A stretch of DNA of 64,000 nt from Spirochaetia bacterium (GCA_965198005.1 CBDAOI010000003.1:992001-1056000); one strand, 5' to 3'. Counted from the stretch's first letter, positions 9,666 through 20,700 are shown. Numbers and translations are program-made. The notes: generated by a model from the letters alone, not told the origin.

Positions 9666-10474
9666 GACCGTTCCTGGGTGTGCAAGTAATAGAATGCATC
9701 GGCGATCGCGACCGGATCCATCACCACCTCCGGCCGCTCGCGCGCGATCGGCAGCGCCCGCGTGCCGGGTGAGTCGATCAGGCCGTCGATCACCACGTTG
9801 GCCACGTGCACGCCGTGCTCGGAGTACTCCTCGGTGAGCACCTGCGCGAGCGTGCGCATCAGCACCCTGGGGTAGTACAGCGACTGCCCGGTCAGACGCT
9901 TGCGCCCGCGCAGCGAGGCGGCGTTGTTGGTCAGCAGAAAGGAGCCGCGGCCGCGCTCCCGCATGGCCGGCAGCACCTCCTTGGCGACCAGGAACGGGCC
10001 GCGGCTGCACAGGTGCTGGGCGGTCTCGAACATCTCCAGCGGGACGTGCTCCAGCAACTCCTTGCCGGGCGGCAGCTCGCGTCCCTCCAGGTAGCCGGCA
10101 TTGTAGACCACCACCTCCGGCTCCCCGGCCGCGCGCCGGATGGTCGCGAACGCCTGCGCGATCGACTGCGCTGACACCAGGTCCAGCTCCACGATCATGC
10201 ATGCGCCGCCCTGCTGGTCGATCGCCTCCTTGAGCGCGGCCGCGTTGGCGGCGATTCGGGTGGTGAGCGCCACGAAGTAGCCCTCGGCGGCGAACTTCTG
10301 CGCCACGGCGCCACCCACGCCCCAGCGCATCCCCACCGGCAGCGCGCGGTCGTCAAGCGCCCGGCCGTGCGCCAGCCTGGTGTTGCGGCCGTCCGCCTGC
10401 CACTTGGAGGTCGCGCCGATCACGACTGCCGTCGGTCCGGCTGTGGCGGGTCCGGTGGTTGTGTCCATCAGCAT
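9611..10474 (-). CDS. SDR-family oxidoreductase
   Basis: AVVIGATS...WGVGGAVAQKFA, VVYNAG, GVHVANVVIDGLID, WTHELQLTP typical of this atypical SDR subfamily. Confidence 0.85.
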   Translation of the reverse strand: MLMDTTTGPATAGPTAVVIGATSKWQADGRNTRLAHGRALDDRALPVGMRWGVGGAVAQKFAAEGYFVALTTRIAANAAALKEAIDQQGGACMIVELDLVSAQSIAQAFATIRRAAGEPEVVVYNAGYLEGRELPPGKELLEHVPLEMFETAQHLCSRGPFLVAKEVLPAMRERGRGSFLLTNNAASLRGRKRLTGQSLYYPRVLMRTLAQVLTEEYSEHGVHVANVVIDGLIDSPGTRALPIARERPEVVMDPVAIADAFYYLHTQERSCWTHELQLTPFATAPSY

Positions 10475-10493
10475 CTCAGGGTACGCAGCCGCT

Positions 10494-11549
10494 TCAGTTG
10501 TATTCGGTGCCGCCGCGGCGGGTCAGGTACTTGCCGGACACGCTCTTCAGTATCACCCTGCCGAATTGGGGCGAGACCCGTTCCGTGGCCGGCTTCACCA
10601 CCGCGCCCTCGCGCACGTGGCTGCCGCCGAGCGCCGTAACCCCATCGGTCAGCTCCTGCAGCTTGGCCAGGCTGAACGGGCCCTCGTACAGCCGGGGAAC
10701 GATCGGGAACAGATCGCCCAGCGACTCCGTGAGCTCGGCCGGACCCAGGTAGCGCCCGCTTCCCGGATCGCCGACGTAGGCATCGAACACGGCGAACGCC
10801 GGATTGGGCTTGCCGTAGTGCAGATCCTGCACCCCGCGCCCGTACACCTCGCCCAGAACGTAGAGCGGCTGATCGCCGGCGGCAAGGCGGGTGCGGGCCG
10901 CCCCGAACGCCTCGGCATGGGCGTGCCAGGTACGCACGTACAGGTTGTTGCGGTTCACTTCGTCGTCGAGGATCAGCGCCAACCCTTTGTCCGACATCCC
11001 CTTGGAAGTGACGATCGGGCCGTGGTCCGGGTGCCATCCCAGGCAGCACCAGGTGCCGTGCAGCTTCTCCGTGATCGCCACCGGTTCTCCGGGGCGCAAC
11101 TCGTCCGGGTACTTCTTGAAGTCCTCGATGTCGTAATGCAGGGTGGCGCCGTGCACCGCCCGCACCTCGCCCTGCATCGACACGGGGATCGGCGGCTCGT
11201 ACTTGACCAGCTCCAGCAGGTCGGTGACGTCGTCGCCCGCGCGCACCTCTTGCCCGCGAATCTTGCCGTCGCGCACGGGGTACACCAACCCCTGCGAGAG
11301 GGCGCCGCGGAGCTGTACCGCCTTGACGCGGTTGTGCTTGCTGCCGGCCAGCTTGCCCTCGAGCCCGAGCTCCGCGATCAGCCAGTCGGGACAGATCGCC
11401 GCCTCGGGGACGTACGCGGCGAGGTCGCCGTTCACGAAGGAGTCCTTGCCGACGACGCAACGGAAACCGCCGATCGCCGCCAACTCAAGGCGGTCGGCGT
11501 TGGGGTGCGGCTCGATGAGCAGCGCATGTACGCGTGATTCAAACGCCAT
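10494..11549 (-). CDS. ATP-dependent RNA ligase, DRB0094 family (Rnl5-like)
   Basis: N-terminal IEPHPNADRLELA OB-like module; nucleotidyltransferase motifs I TEKLHGT, III GEVYG, IIIa FAVFD, IV REGAVVK, V LKSVS. Start taken at MAFESRV (11549). Confidence 0.9.
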   Translation of the reverse strand: MAFESRVHALLIEPHPNADRLELAAIGGFRCVVGKDSFVNGDLAAYVPEAAICPDWLIAELGLEGKLAGSKHNRVKAVQLRGALSQGLVYPVRDGKIRGQEVRAGDDVTDLLELVKYEPPIPVSMQGEVRAVHGATLHYDIEDFKKYPDELRPGEPVAITEKLHGTWCCLGWHPDHGPIVTSKGMSDKGLALILDDEVNRNNLYVRTWHAHAEAFGAARTRLAAGDQPLYVLGEVYGRGVQDLHYGKPNPAFAVFDAYVGDPGSGRYLGPAELTESLGDLFPIVPRLYEGPFSLAKLQELTDGVTALGGSHVREGAVVKPATERVSPQFGRVILKSVSGKYLTRRGGTEYN

Positions 11550-11779
11550 GGTTCCGGAGCAGGGAAGATAGTCACTCGCCCGCTGCGCGGTCAAATCAAA
11601 TGCCTTGCGGCCCTTGCGGCCTTGCACGTGGCCGCCGCGCGGCCGCCGCGCGCGCCCCGAGCGCGTTGACTGGTTGGCGGAAGTATGAGATAAGGAAGGC
11701 CGGCTTCGGGAGCAGATTGAATGGACCTCGACCCACGGTCCGGCACTGTCGGCACAATCAGATTCCGAGAGGAGTCACT

Positions 11780-12540
11780 CCGCCGCCGCCGCTCTTGCCG
11801 TCACTCCGCACACCCTGCAGCGCCTGCACGCCCTTTGCCTGTCCGCCAGCGGCGATGCCGGGCAGTTCAAACGGGTCGACAACGACATCGTTGAGCTGCG
11901 GCCCGGACAGGCCCCGGTTGTCCGGTTCCGTTGTGTCAGCGCTGACGAGACAGCGGCGGCGGTCGACGAACTTTGCCAACGCTATCGCTACGCGCTCGAC
12001 CAGGACCAGATTCCGCCGCTGATCGCCATTGTCGCATTGGTCCTGGACTTCCTCTGCATTCACCCGTTCCGGGACGGCAACGGGCGGGTGTCGCGCCTGC
12101 TTACCCTGCTGGGGTTGTACCAGCACGGCTACGAGGTCGGCCGGTATCTCAGCCTCGAACGTCTCATCGAGGAATCCCGGGAGGACTACTACGATTGTCT
12201 GCACCGCAGTTCACAGCGCTGGCACGACGGCAAGCACGAGCTGACGCCGTGGTTCAACTTCATGTTGGCGATCATTCGTCGCGGTTACGTCGAACTGGAG
12301 AGACGGGTCGGTGAGGTCAAGGCCCCGCGCGGCGCCAAGTCGGCCATGGTGCTGGCCGCGGTTCGCGCGCAGCCGGGCGAATTCCGCTTGAGCGACCTGG
12401 AACGCGCTTGTCCCGGCGTCGGCCGCGAGTGGATTCGCGCCCTGCTGGCCGATCTGCGGAGGTCCGGCGATGTTTCCTGCCGGGGCCGCGGCCCCGGCGC
12501 TCGCTGGCGGTACCTCGACAATAAGCGTAGCAACCGCTAA
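11780..12540 (+). pseudogene. Fic-domain protein with C-terminal HTH, N-terminus missing
   Basis: Canonical HPFRDGNGRVSR motif; frame is open upstream (TLQRLHALCL..GDAGQFKRVDNDIVE) but lacks a proper start and N-terminal part. Confidence 0.8.
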
Positions 12541-12869
12541 GTAAGGGTAGTAAAGAGGGTAAATCGAACAGCGGTGTAGGGAGGACGCTATCGACTACGC
12601 CTTTCGCAGCTATGCGCGACCGCGGCGCAAGCACGAGGGCGAGATCAGAGGGCCGGCGGTGGGCGTGACCGATCATATCCGGAATCTGTCCGCGGTCGTA
12701 CGGCTGATCGACGGCTGAACGCCGAAGCCGGGGCCGCGCGGCCCCTATCGAGTCCCTCGCCGTGAACTGGCCCTGTTCACCCGCCCGTAGCGGCCGACGG
12801 CACGCCCACCGCCGCCGGCAAGTCTCGGATCCAGCAAATCTCTGAGCGCGTCGCCGAACATATTCGCAC

Positions 12870-13045
12870 CGTAATCTCTGCACGATGAGATCAAATGTTC
12901 CGCCAAGATATCCGGAAGGAACGCCTATTGTTACCGCGACTGCCACTGCGACCGTAGTCGCCGCCAAGCCAACGATGGTCGAGATGCGCGCCCCGTAGAT
13001 AAGTCGGCTGAGAATATCTCTTCCCAATTGGTCCGCACCAAGCAA
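12870..13045 (-). pseudogene. DppC-like permease fragment
   Basis: LGADQLGRDILSRLIYGARISTIVGLAAT...GGTFDLIVQR only. Confidence 0.8.
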
Positions 13046-13056
13046 GTGATCTGCGG

Positions 13057-13792
13057 ATGGTGGCGCCCTTCCAGCGGTTCCCAGATAACGCCACGGCCGA
13101 ACAGTGGTTCGTTGAAACCCGCTGGCCGTCTGGTGTTCAGTGCCCCGCCTGCGCCTCGGACAACGTGCAGGCGCGACCGACGCGCAAGCCCCAGCCCTAC
13201 CGGTGCCGCTCCTGCCGCACCGACTTCTCCGCCAAGACCGGCACCCTGATGCAGGGTTCCAACCTCGGTTTCCAGACCTGGGTAATCGCGCTCTACCTGC
13301 TGACCACGGGGTTGAAGGGAACCTCCAGCATGAAGCTCCATCGAGACCTGGGCGTCACGCAGAAAACCGCGTGGCACTTGGCGCATCGCATCCGCGAGAC
13401 CTGGGCCGCGCACGCTGCCGCGTTCGACGGGCCGGTGGAACTGGACGAGGCCTACCTCGGGGGCAAGGAGGACCACGAAGCGCGAGCGGGGCCGTCCGCG
13501 CAAACAGCAATCAGGGGCCAGCGGGTCAAAGCGGGGACCCGGGCGACCGCCCAAGATCATGCCCACACCGATTCCGGCGACGCTGGATGAGTTGGCCCGC
13601 GCGATCATGCAGGGGCCACCCAAAAAGGAATGGGACTACCTCAAAGCCAAGAAGTAGCCGCGTGAATCGTCTGAACCTCTGGCGATTGGCGTCAGGTGGG
13701 TCGCGTTCGAGGATGCCTGGCAGTGGGCAGTGGTACGAAATGGCGTAATCTGCCCGTTACCCAGCTATGGGTAAGATTATATATAATCCCCC
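13057..13792 (+). mobile_element. IS1595-family element remnant: truncated transposase, small passenger ORF remnant and one terminal inverted repeat
   Basis: Zn-ribbon CPAC...YRCRSCRTDFSAKTGT, SSMKLHRDLGVTQKTAW, VELDEAYLGG, then truncated; short ...IPATLDELARAIMQGPPKKEWDYLK* (to 13657); end read on minus strand GGGGGATTATATATAATC (13792-13775). Confidence 0.85.
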
Positions 13793-13995
13793 AACACACC
13801 GTGTCGGGGGTGGACTGGTGGTACGACGGATGGTAGCGGGTGCCCTTGCCGGCGGCGGTCACGCGGAAGCCGGCGGTGCGCGCCCAGTCCACCTGCTCGC
13901 AGATCAGCGCCGGCTGATCGCCGTAAGCCAGGCATGCCCACCCGCACCGGCCGCCCCTCGGCCGCCCGCCGCTCCAGCCCGCGCGCCAGATTCAC
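13793..13995 (-). pseudogene. Homoserine-dehydrogenase-like NAD(P)-dependent oxidoreductase (SAF-domain family), remnant
   Basis: N-terminus VNLARGLERRAAEGRPVRVG joined out of frame to LAYGDQPALICEQVDWARTAGFRVTAAGKGTRYHPSYHQSTPDTV, cut at the IS end. Confidence 0.7.
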
Positions 13996-14102
13996 CGCCG
14001 CACCTCCCCGATCATCGGTAGTGGTCAGTATTGTATTGCGCATGCGCCGTGAGCGCCGACGGGATTCACCGTGTGATAAGATGTGATACAGGGGTTCACC
14101 GC

Positions 14103-14510
14103 GTGCCTGCTGAACTGGAGACGATCATCGAAGTGCTGGAGTCGGATTGCGATCGGCTCGGGCACCTGAACCACGTGAAGGCGGTCAGGATGCTGGAGCG
14201 TGCGCGCGGCCACTGGTACACCGCCAACGGCCTGCGCGACGCCGGCAGGAACTACGTCCCGGTGGTGGTCAACATCAACTACAACTATCGCCGGGAGTGT
14301 TTCCTCGGCGAGCGCCTGCGCGTCATGACGCGGGCGCAGAGGCTCGGGCGCAAGAGCTTTACGCTCGGCCACGAGGTCATCAAGCCGGACGGCGCGATTG
14401 CGCTCCAGGGAGAGGCCACGAGCGTGATCATGGACCTGGACTCGCGGGTGATCGTTACCGTACCCGAGTGCGTGGCCAGCCACGTGCCGGCGCGGGAGGC
14501 GGCGGAGTGA
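14103..14510 (+). CDS. Acyl-CoA thioesterase (4HBT/YbgC hotdog family)
   Basis: ESDCDRLGHLNHVKAVRMLERAR, VVVNINYNYRRE, RLGRKSFTL; GTG start at 14103. Confidence 0.85.
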   Translation: MPAELETIIEVLESDCDRLGHLNHVKAVRMLERARGHWYTANGLRDAGRNYVPVVVNINYNYRRECFLGERLRVMTRAQRLGRKSFTLGHEVIKPDGAIALQGEATSVIMDLDSRVIVTVPECVASHVPAREAAE

Positions 14511-16285
14511 GTCAGGCGAGTCAGGCGCCAGCCCCGGACGAGCGCGAGTACCTGGCCACGGTAGCCAGGCTGGTCGAGCAAGCCTGGCCCGCCGGTGTGC
14601 CACGCGAGGTGCGCTATCCGTTCGGCGAGATCCCGGTGACCGACCATCTGCGGCAGGCGGCGCGCGCGACACCCGACAAGGCCGGCGTCGTCTACTACGG
14701 CTATCAGCTCACCTACGCCCAGCTCGACGAGGCCAGCGACCGGTTCGCCGCCTTCCTGGAGGCGCGCGGGCTGGTACGCGGAGACCGCGTGGCGGTGCTG
14801 CTCTACAACTGTCCGCAGTACTTCATCGTGTTCTACGGCATCCTCAAGCTCGGCTGCGCGCACGTGCCGGTGAATCCGATGTTCAAGCAACACGAACTGC
14901 GCTATCAGCTCGCCGACGCCGACCCGAGAGTCCTGGTCACGATGGATCGGCTCTTTCCGCTGGTCGAGGCCGTGCGGGACGAAACCAGCCTCGAGGCGGT
15001 GGTCGTCACCAGCTTCGCCGACTACCTCCCGAGCGAGCCCAGCCTGCCGCTCCCGAAGCTGCTGCAGGAACCGCCGCGCGCCTGTCCCGGCGCCCTCGAG
15101 CTGCCGGAGCTGCTGGCCAACCACGGTCCCGACTTTACGCGCCCCGCCCTCAGCCTCGACGACCTGGCCAGCATCAACTATACCGGCGGCACCACCGGGA
15201 TGCCGAAGGGGTGCATGCACACGCAGCGCAACATGCTGCATGCCTGCACCGCGGGCAGGGTGGTGTATCTGCGCCCCGGCGCCTCGCCCCGCGACGCCCG
15301 TACCGTGTCCTACGTGCCGAGCTTCTGGATCTCCGGCCAACTCCGGCTGCTCGACACGGTCCTGACCGGATCGACGCTCATCTACTTCGCCCGCTGGGAC
15401 GCCGAAGCCGTGCTGCAGGCGATCGAGCGGTACCAGGTCACGCACCTCAGCGGACCGCTCGACACCATCGTGGAGCTGATGGAACGCCCGGACGCCGCGC
15501 GGCGCGATCTGAGCTCGCTCGAAGTCACCTCCTGCACGTCGTTCGTCAAGAAGCTCAACCTCGACTATCGGCGCCGCTGGCGCGATCTGACCGGGATTAC
15601 CTTGCACGAGGCGTCGTTCGGCATGACCGAGACCCATACGTGGGACACGTTCACCATGGGAATGCAGGCCGACGACCTGGACCTCAAGTCCACGCCCATC
15701 TTCGTGGGGCTGCCCACAGCCGGCACCCGGTACAAGATCGTCGACCGCGACCGTGGCCGGCTGGCGCCGCTCGGGGAGGAAGGGGAGATCGTGGTGTCCT
15801 CGCCATCGCTCATGAAGGGCTACTGGAGGGACCCCGAGAAGAGTGCGGAGCAGATCCGGGACGGGTGGTTTCGCACCGGCGACGTCGGCATGATCGACCG
15901 GCGGGGCTACCTCCACTACCTCGGCCGCGACAAGGAGATGCTCAAGGTCAAGGGGATGAACGTCTACCCGTTCGAGGTCGAAAGCCTGCTTGGTCATCAC
16001 CCGGCGATCGCCGGCAGTGCCGTGGTCGGCCGCGCCGATGACGAGCGCGGCGAGGTGCCGGTGGCGTTCGTGAAGCTCGCGCCCGGCTACGAGGCCACGA
16101 CGGACGAGGAGATCAGCACCTGGTGCCGCGAGAACATGGCGACCTACAAGCTGCCCGAGATCCGTATAGTGGAAGAGTTTCCGCTCACGGAGGTCGGCAA
16201 GGTGAGCAAGGTCCTCCTGCGCCGGCAGTTGCCGGGCGCCGCTGACCTGTCGGGCACGGGCAAGACCGGGCAACACCGCGAATAG
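14507..16285 (+). CDS. Long-chain acyl-CoA synthetase (AMP-binding)
   Basis: YTGGTTGMPKG, SFGMTET, GWFRTGD, GRDKEMLKVKG; GTG start overlaps the thioesterase stop. Confidence 0.93.
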   Translation: MSQASQAPAPDEREYLATVARLVEQAWPAGVPREVRYPFGEIPVTDHLRQAARATPDKAGVVYYGYQLTYAQLDEASDRFAAFLEARGLVRGDRVAVLLYNCPQYFIVFYGILKLGCAHVPVNPMFKQHELRYQLADADPRVLVTMDRLFPLVEAVRDETSLEAVVVTSFADYLPSEPSLPLPKLLQEPPRACPGALELPELLANHGPDFTRPALSLDDLASINYTGGTTGMPKGCMHTQRNMLHACTAGRVVYLRPGASPRDARTVSYVPSFWISGQLRLLDTVLTGSTLIYFARWDAEAVLQAIERYQVTHLSGPLDTIVELMERPDAARRDLSSLEVTSCTSFVKKLNLDYRRRWRDLTGITLHEASFGMTETHTWDTFTMGMQADDLDLKSTPIFVGLPTAGTRYKIVDRDRGRLAPLGEEGEIVVSSPSLMKGYWRDPEKSAEQIRDGWFRTGDVGMIDRRGYLHYLGRDKEMLKVKGMNVYPFEVESLLGHHPAIAGSAVVGRADDERGEVPVAFVKLAPGYEATTDEEISTWCRENMATYKLPEIRIVEEFPLTEVGKVSKVLLRRQLPGAADLSGTGKTGQHRE

Positions 16286-16357
16286 AGGAGAGGGCTCTGT
16301 AACTGCAAGCAATAGGGAGGCACCAAGTGTCATGTGCCTTGGAGGCAGATGAGGCTG

Positions 16358-16765
16358 TCATGCGGATTGGATCAGCTTGAGGTTGGAGATATCGGCGAAG
16401 TCGCCGTCGTGCGAGGCCAGTGGACACTTCAACAGGATAGCGGTCGCGGCAATCCATGCATCTGCGGCTTTCAGTTCCCGTCCAACGGACCTTCGCTCGG
16501 TACGCAGGTGCGCGGAGATGTGGATCAGTTCTTGAGTTACCCACACGACATCATACTGATTGAGATGTGCGGCAAGATCCGTCTTGCGTCTTTGGCCCCA
16601 GTTATCCTTGTACGCGCCGAACCATAGCTCCTCCAGCGTTTGAAACGATATGAAACTTCGACGGCCGGCGAGTCGCTTCTCGTAGTACGGTGCCCGGCTA
16701 TCCTGATTGTGGATGATCGAGACAACGCTGGTGTCCACGACTACGGGCGGTTCAGGAACCATCAA
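16358..16765 (-). CDS. PIN-domain (VapC-like) ribonuclease
   Basis: VVVDTSVVS, TLEEL, ADAWIAATA, LASHDGDF; start overlaps the upstream gene stop (ATGA). Confidence 0.9.
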   Translation of the reverse strand: MMVPEPPVVVDTSVVSIIHNQDSRAPYYEKRLAGRRSFISFQTLEELWFGAYKDNWGQRRKTDLAAHLNQYDVVWVTQELIHISAHLRTERRSVGRELKAADAWIAATAILLKCPLASHDGDFADISNLKLIQSA

Positions 16766-17613
16766 GCGTCGCGGCCTTCCCGGATAGCGCGCATGAACTC
16801 ATCGACATCGGTTGGCTCGCTCGCCCTGACCACCTTTTCAGGGTCGAAGACCTTCGGGTTGGGGTCATTCAAGAGATTGTTCAGATCAAATGGCTCCACC
16901 CACGATCGCGTCGCTCTGAGTTGCTCGACGTGAAAATCGCCCCAGTTGCCATCCGTGACGAAGTGGCCGCGACCTGTGACTTCGACGTACTGCGTCGCGA
17001 GACGTTGCATGGCTTCATCCAGTACGGCGTCGAATCGTAACCGAACGTAGTCGTCCCCGTAGTTGTGGAGTTGAGCGGTGCGCCGGTTCCAGTTGACCAT
17101 CATCAGTCGTCCCTGCAGGGTCGCGTCCACTTCCTCTGACGTAGCCCGTTCACAGACGTGCTTTATTCGAGTCAAGGTTAGGCAACCTTCGGTGTCGGGG
17201 CTTCTGAGCCGTATCAGGTCAATTTCCTCCGACAACGCATTCGGCATGGCTGTCAGTTCGTGGACGACCTTTTGAGGCAACGACGGGTCTTGCGTGCCAT
17301 TCCAGTTCAGAATGTCGTGCACGGCCTGGGCGCCGTAGTGACGCAGCTCGAGTTGGGCACCGTACGGAGGAGAGAGCTCCAGCTCAGCGACAAAGGAGCC
17401 TGGGGATGTGCGGACCAACCGCAACGCGCTTTGCTCGCATACCAGCTTTGACGGTCGGCCGCGGCGGGAGGTGCCGGCGCCCATCAGATGGCCTACCATG
17501 AGTCGCACGGCCCGCTGCACGTGGGTCAAGGTCTTCCACAGATCCTCCACCGCGAGCCCGTCTTCACCGACATGTGGCCCTTCGAATGTGATATGTAGCT
17601 GATTCTTCAGCAC
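16762..17613 (-). CDS. Hypothetical 283-aa protein coupled to the PIN gene
   Basis: GTG at 17613 after GGAGGG; LRLVRTSPGSFVAEL segment, OB-like GRLMMVNWNRRTAQLH...VEVTGRG region, acidic helical tail DVDEFMRAIREGR. Confidence 0.75.
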   Translation of the reverse strand: MLKNQLHITFEGPHVGEDGLAVEDLWKTLTHVQRAVRLMVGHLMGAGTSRRGRPSKLVCEQSALRLVRTSPGSFVAELELSPPYGAQLELRHYGAQAVHDILNWNGTQDPSLPQKVVHELTAMPNALSEEIDLIRLRSPDTEGCLTLTRIKHVCERATSEEVDATLQGRLMMVNWNRRTAQLHNYGDDYVRLRFDAVLDEAMQRLATQYVEVTGRGHFVTDGNWGDFHVEQLRATRSWVEPFDLNNLLNDPNPKVFDPEKVVRASEPTDVDEFMRAIREGRDA

Positions 17614-17768
17614 GCCCTCCCGGTCACTCGGTGCGACACTCAGATGATGGCCAGTATTGGGGGGATTATACCAGTTCAGGACGGCCATAGCCTATCGCGC
17701 ACCGTCCGCACCCATCTTCGTGGGGCTCGCAAGGAACTCCCGCGCCGGCAGTGCGCGGCGGCCGCCGC

Positions 17769-20700
17769 TTACCAGGTGTCAACGTAGGGGCGCTTCTTCC
17801 CGGACCGCGGCGGTGGCGGCGGCAGCCGCCGCATGCCGGCGGCGATCCACCAGCGCGTATCCGCGGGGTCGATGACGTCGTCGACGCCGCCGCCGGCCAC
17901 GGCGTTGACGGCCTTGGCCCGCTGGTAGGCGTCCGCGACCCGGCGCTCGAACTCCACGCGCCGCTGCTCGGGATCCTCGATCGCCGCCAGCTCCCTGCGG
18001 TAGCCGAGCTTGACCGCGCCTTCGAGGTTCATGCCCGAGAATTCGGCCGTCGGCCAGGCGACGGTGAAGAAACCGAGCAGCGAGCAGGCGCCGCACATCG
18101 CCTGCACGCCCAGCCCGTACGCCTTGCGCACGATCACGCCGAACAGCGGCGTGGTCAGGTTGGCGCCGGTGTTGAACATGCGCGCGCAGTGCCTGACCAG
18201 CGCCGTGCGCTCGTGCTCCGGCCCGACCATGATGCCGGGGCAGTCCATCAGACTCAGCACCGGGAGGTCGAAGGCGTCGCAGAGCTGCAGGAAGCGCGCG
18301 CCCTTGTCGGCGCCGTCGGAATCGATCGCCCCGGCCAGGTGATGCGGGTTGTTGGCGAGCACCCCCAGGGGGCGGCCCTCGACCCGGATGAAGGCGGTGA
18401 TGATGCCGACGCCGAACTGCTCGCGCAGCTCCAGGACCGAGCCGCGGTCGGCGATGGTCTCGATCACCTCGCGCATGTCGTACAGGCGCAGCCGGTTCTC
18501 GGGCACCACGTGACGCAAGCGGCGCTGGTCGTGGCTCTCCCAGTCATCCAGCGCGCCCTGGAAGTACGAGAGGTAGCGCTTGGCCACGTCGACGGCGCTC
18601 GCCTCGTCCTCCACCAGAATGTCGACCACGCCGTTGGGGACCTGGAACGACATGGGCCCCACCTCCTCGGGCGTATAGACCCCCAGGCCGCCGCCCTCGA
18701 TCATCGCCGGTCCGCCCATCCCGATGGTCGAATTCCGGGTCGCGATGATGACGTCGCAGCAGGCCAGCAGCGCGGTGTTGCCGGCAAAGCAGCGCCCGTT
18801 GTTGATACCGACCAGCGGCACCAGCCCGCTGAGTTGCGAGAACTGCATGAAGGTGGGGGTGTCCATGGCCACCCGTGGTCCCACGTAGTCGTCGCCGGGG
18901 CGGCCGCCGCCGCCTTCGGTGAAGACCACCACCGGAAGCCGGAAGCGCGTGGCCAGCTCGTACATTCGGTCCTGCTTGTAGTGGTTGCGGCGGCCCTGGG
19001 TGCCGGCCAGCACGGTGTAGTCGTAGGCGACGACGAGCGCGCGTGAGTGCTGGTCGGCGAATCGAGCGCCGTTGATCGACGCCGTACCGACGATCAGGCC
19101 GTCGCCCGGCGTCTTCTCGCGCAGCGCCTGGTCGTCGTTGCGCTGGTGCTGCAGCGCGACCACCAGCGGCCAGTACTCCTGAAACGAGCCGGGGTCGACG
19201 AGCTGGGCGATGTTCTCGCGCGCCATGCGGAAACCGCGCTGCCGCCGTTTGGCAACCGCTTCCGGCCGGTTTTCGTCGAGCGTGTAGGCGTGCCGGTCGA
19301 TCGTTTCCTGCAGGTCGGGACGGATCCGGTCGAGGTCGACCGATTCCTCGACGGCGCCGCTGCGTTCCCCCACCGCCGCCGGTTCGACGTAGACCAGCGG
19401 ATCTCCTTCGAGGATGACGTCACCCACGCTCACCGCGATGCGGCGCACGATGCCCGATGCCGCGGCCTGCACGAGGTGCTCCATCTTCATCGCTTCCATC
19501 ACGACCAGCTCCTGGCCCGCGTGCACGGCATCGCCCTCGGCGGCGAGCACGCTGACGACCGTGCCCTGGATGGGAGCCGGCAGCCCGACCGAGCCGTCCG
19601 GGGCGGTCAGGTGGATGGCGGCGTCGGCGGAGCGGGCGGGACCGCGGTCCGGGGCCGCCCCGGCCGCGCGGGCGTGGGCGAACACCGCCAGCGGATCGGT
19701 GCTGACGGTCTGCGCGCCGCCGGCGGGCGCCGCCCCGGCGAACGGTCGCCGCCGCCGGTCGGTTCGGGGCGCCACCAGGTCGGACAGGTGGTCGTCGACG
19801 AACCGCGTGTAGATGCGACCGGCGCGGAAGTCCGGATGGTTCACGAGGTTCTGCAGGAACGGGATGTTGGTCGCCACTCCCGCCAGACGGAACTCGCCCA
19901 GTGCTCGCGAGGTGCGCCGCACCGCGTCCGCGAAGTGGGGCGAGGTCGAGTGACCGACGACCTTGGCCAGCAGCGAGTCGAACGCCGGGTTGGTCGTATA
20001 GCCGGCGTAGCCGTAGGTGTCGGTGCGGACCCCGGGCCCGGTCGGCGGCTCGAACGCGGTGATGGTTCCCCCCCCGGGCCGCATCCGGCCGTCGGCGCTC
20101 AGGGTCTCCAGGTTCACGCGCGCCTGAATCGCGAAGCCGCGTGGAGCGGGGATCTGCTCCTGCGTGAGCCCGAGCTCCGCCAGCGACCGGCCGCCGGCGA
20201 TGCCGAGCTGCGCCTGCACCAGGTCGAGGCCGGTGACCGCCTCGGTAACCGTGTGTTCCACCTGCAGCCGGGGGTTGGCCTCAATAAAGTAGAACGCGGC
20301 AGCGTCGCCCACGTCGTCCGCGTCCACCAGAAACTCGAACGTCCCGAGGCTGCGGTAGCCGACCGCGGCTGCCACGCGCCGGGCCGCGTCAATGATGCGC
20401 GTGCGCAGCGCGCCGGGCAGGCTGGGCGCCGGAGCAATCTCGACCAGCTTCTGGTGGCGCCGCTGCGCGCTGCATTCGCGCTCGCCGACCTGCACCACCT
20501 CGGTGCCGTCACCCAGGATCTGCACCTCCACGTGGCGGGCGCGCGCGACCATCTGCTCCACGTACAGGGTCCCGTCGCCGAACGCCCCCTCCGCCTCGGA
20601 CCGGCACCGTTCGAAGGTGGCTGCGATCTGCTCCGCGCTCGACACCGCGCGGGTGCCGCGGCCGCCGCCTCCGGCCACGGCCTTGATCATCATTGCGCAG

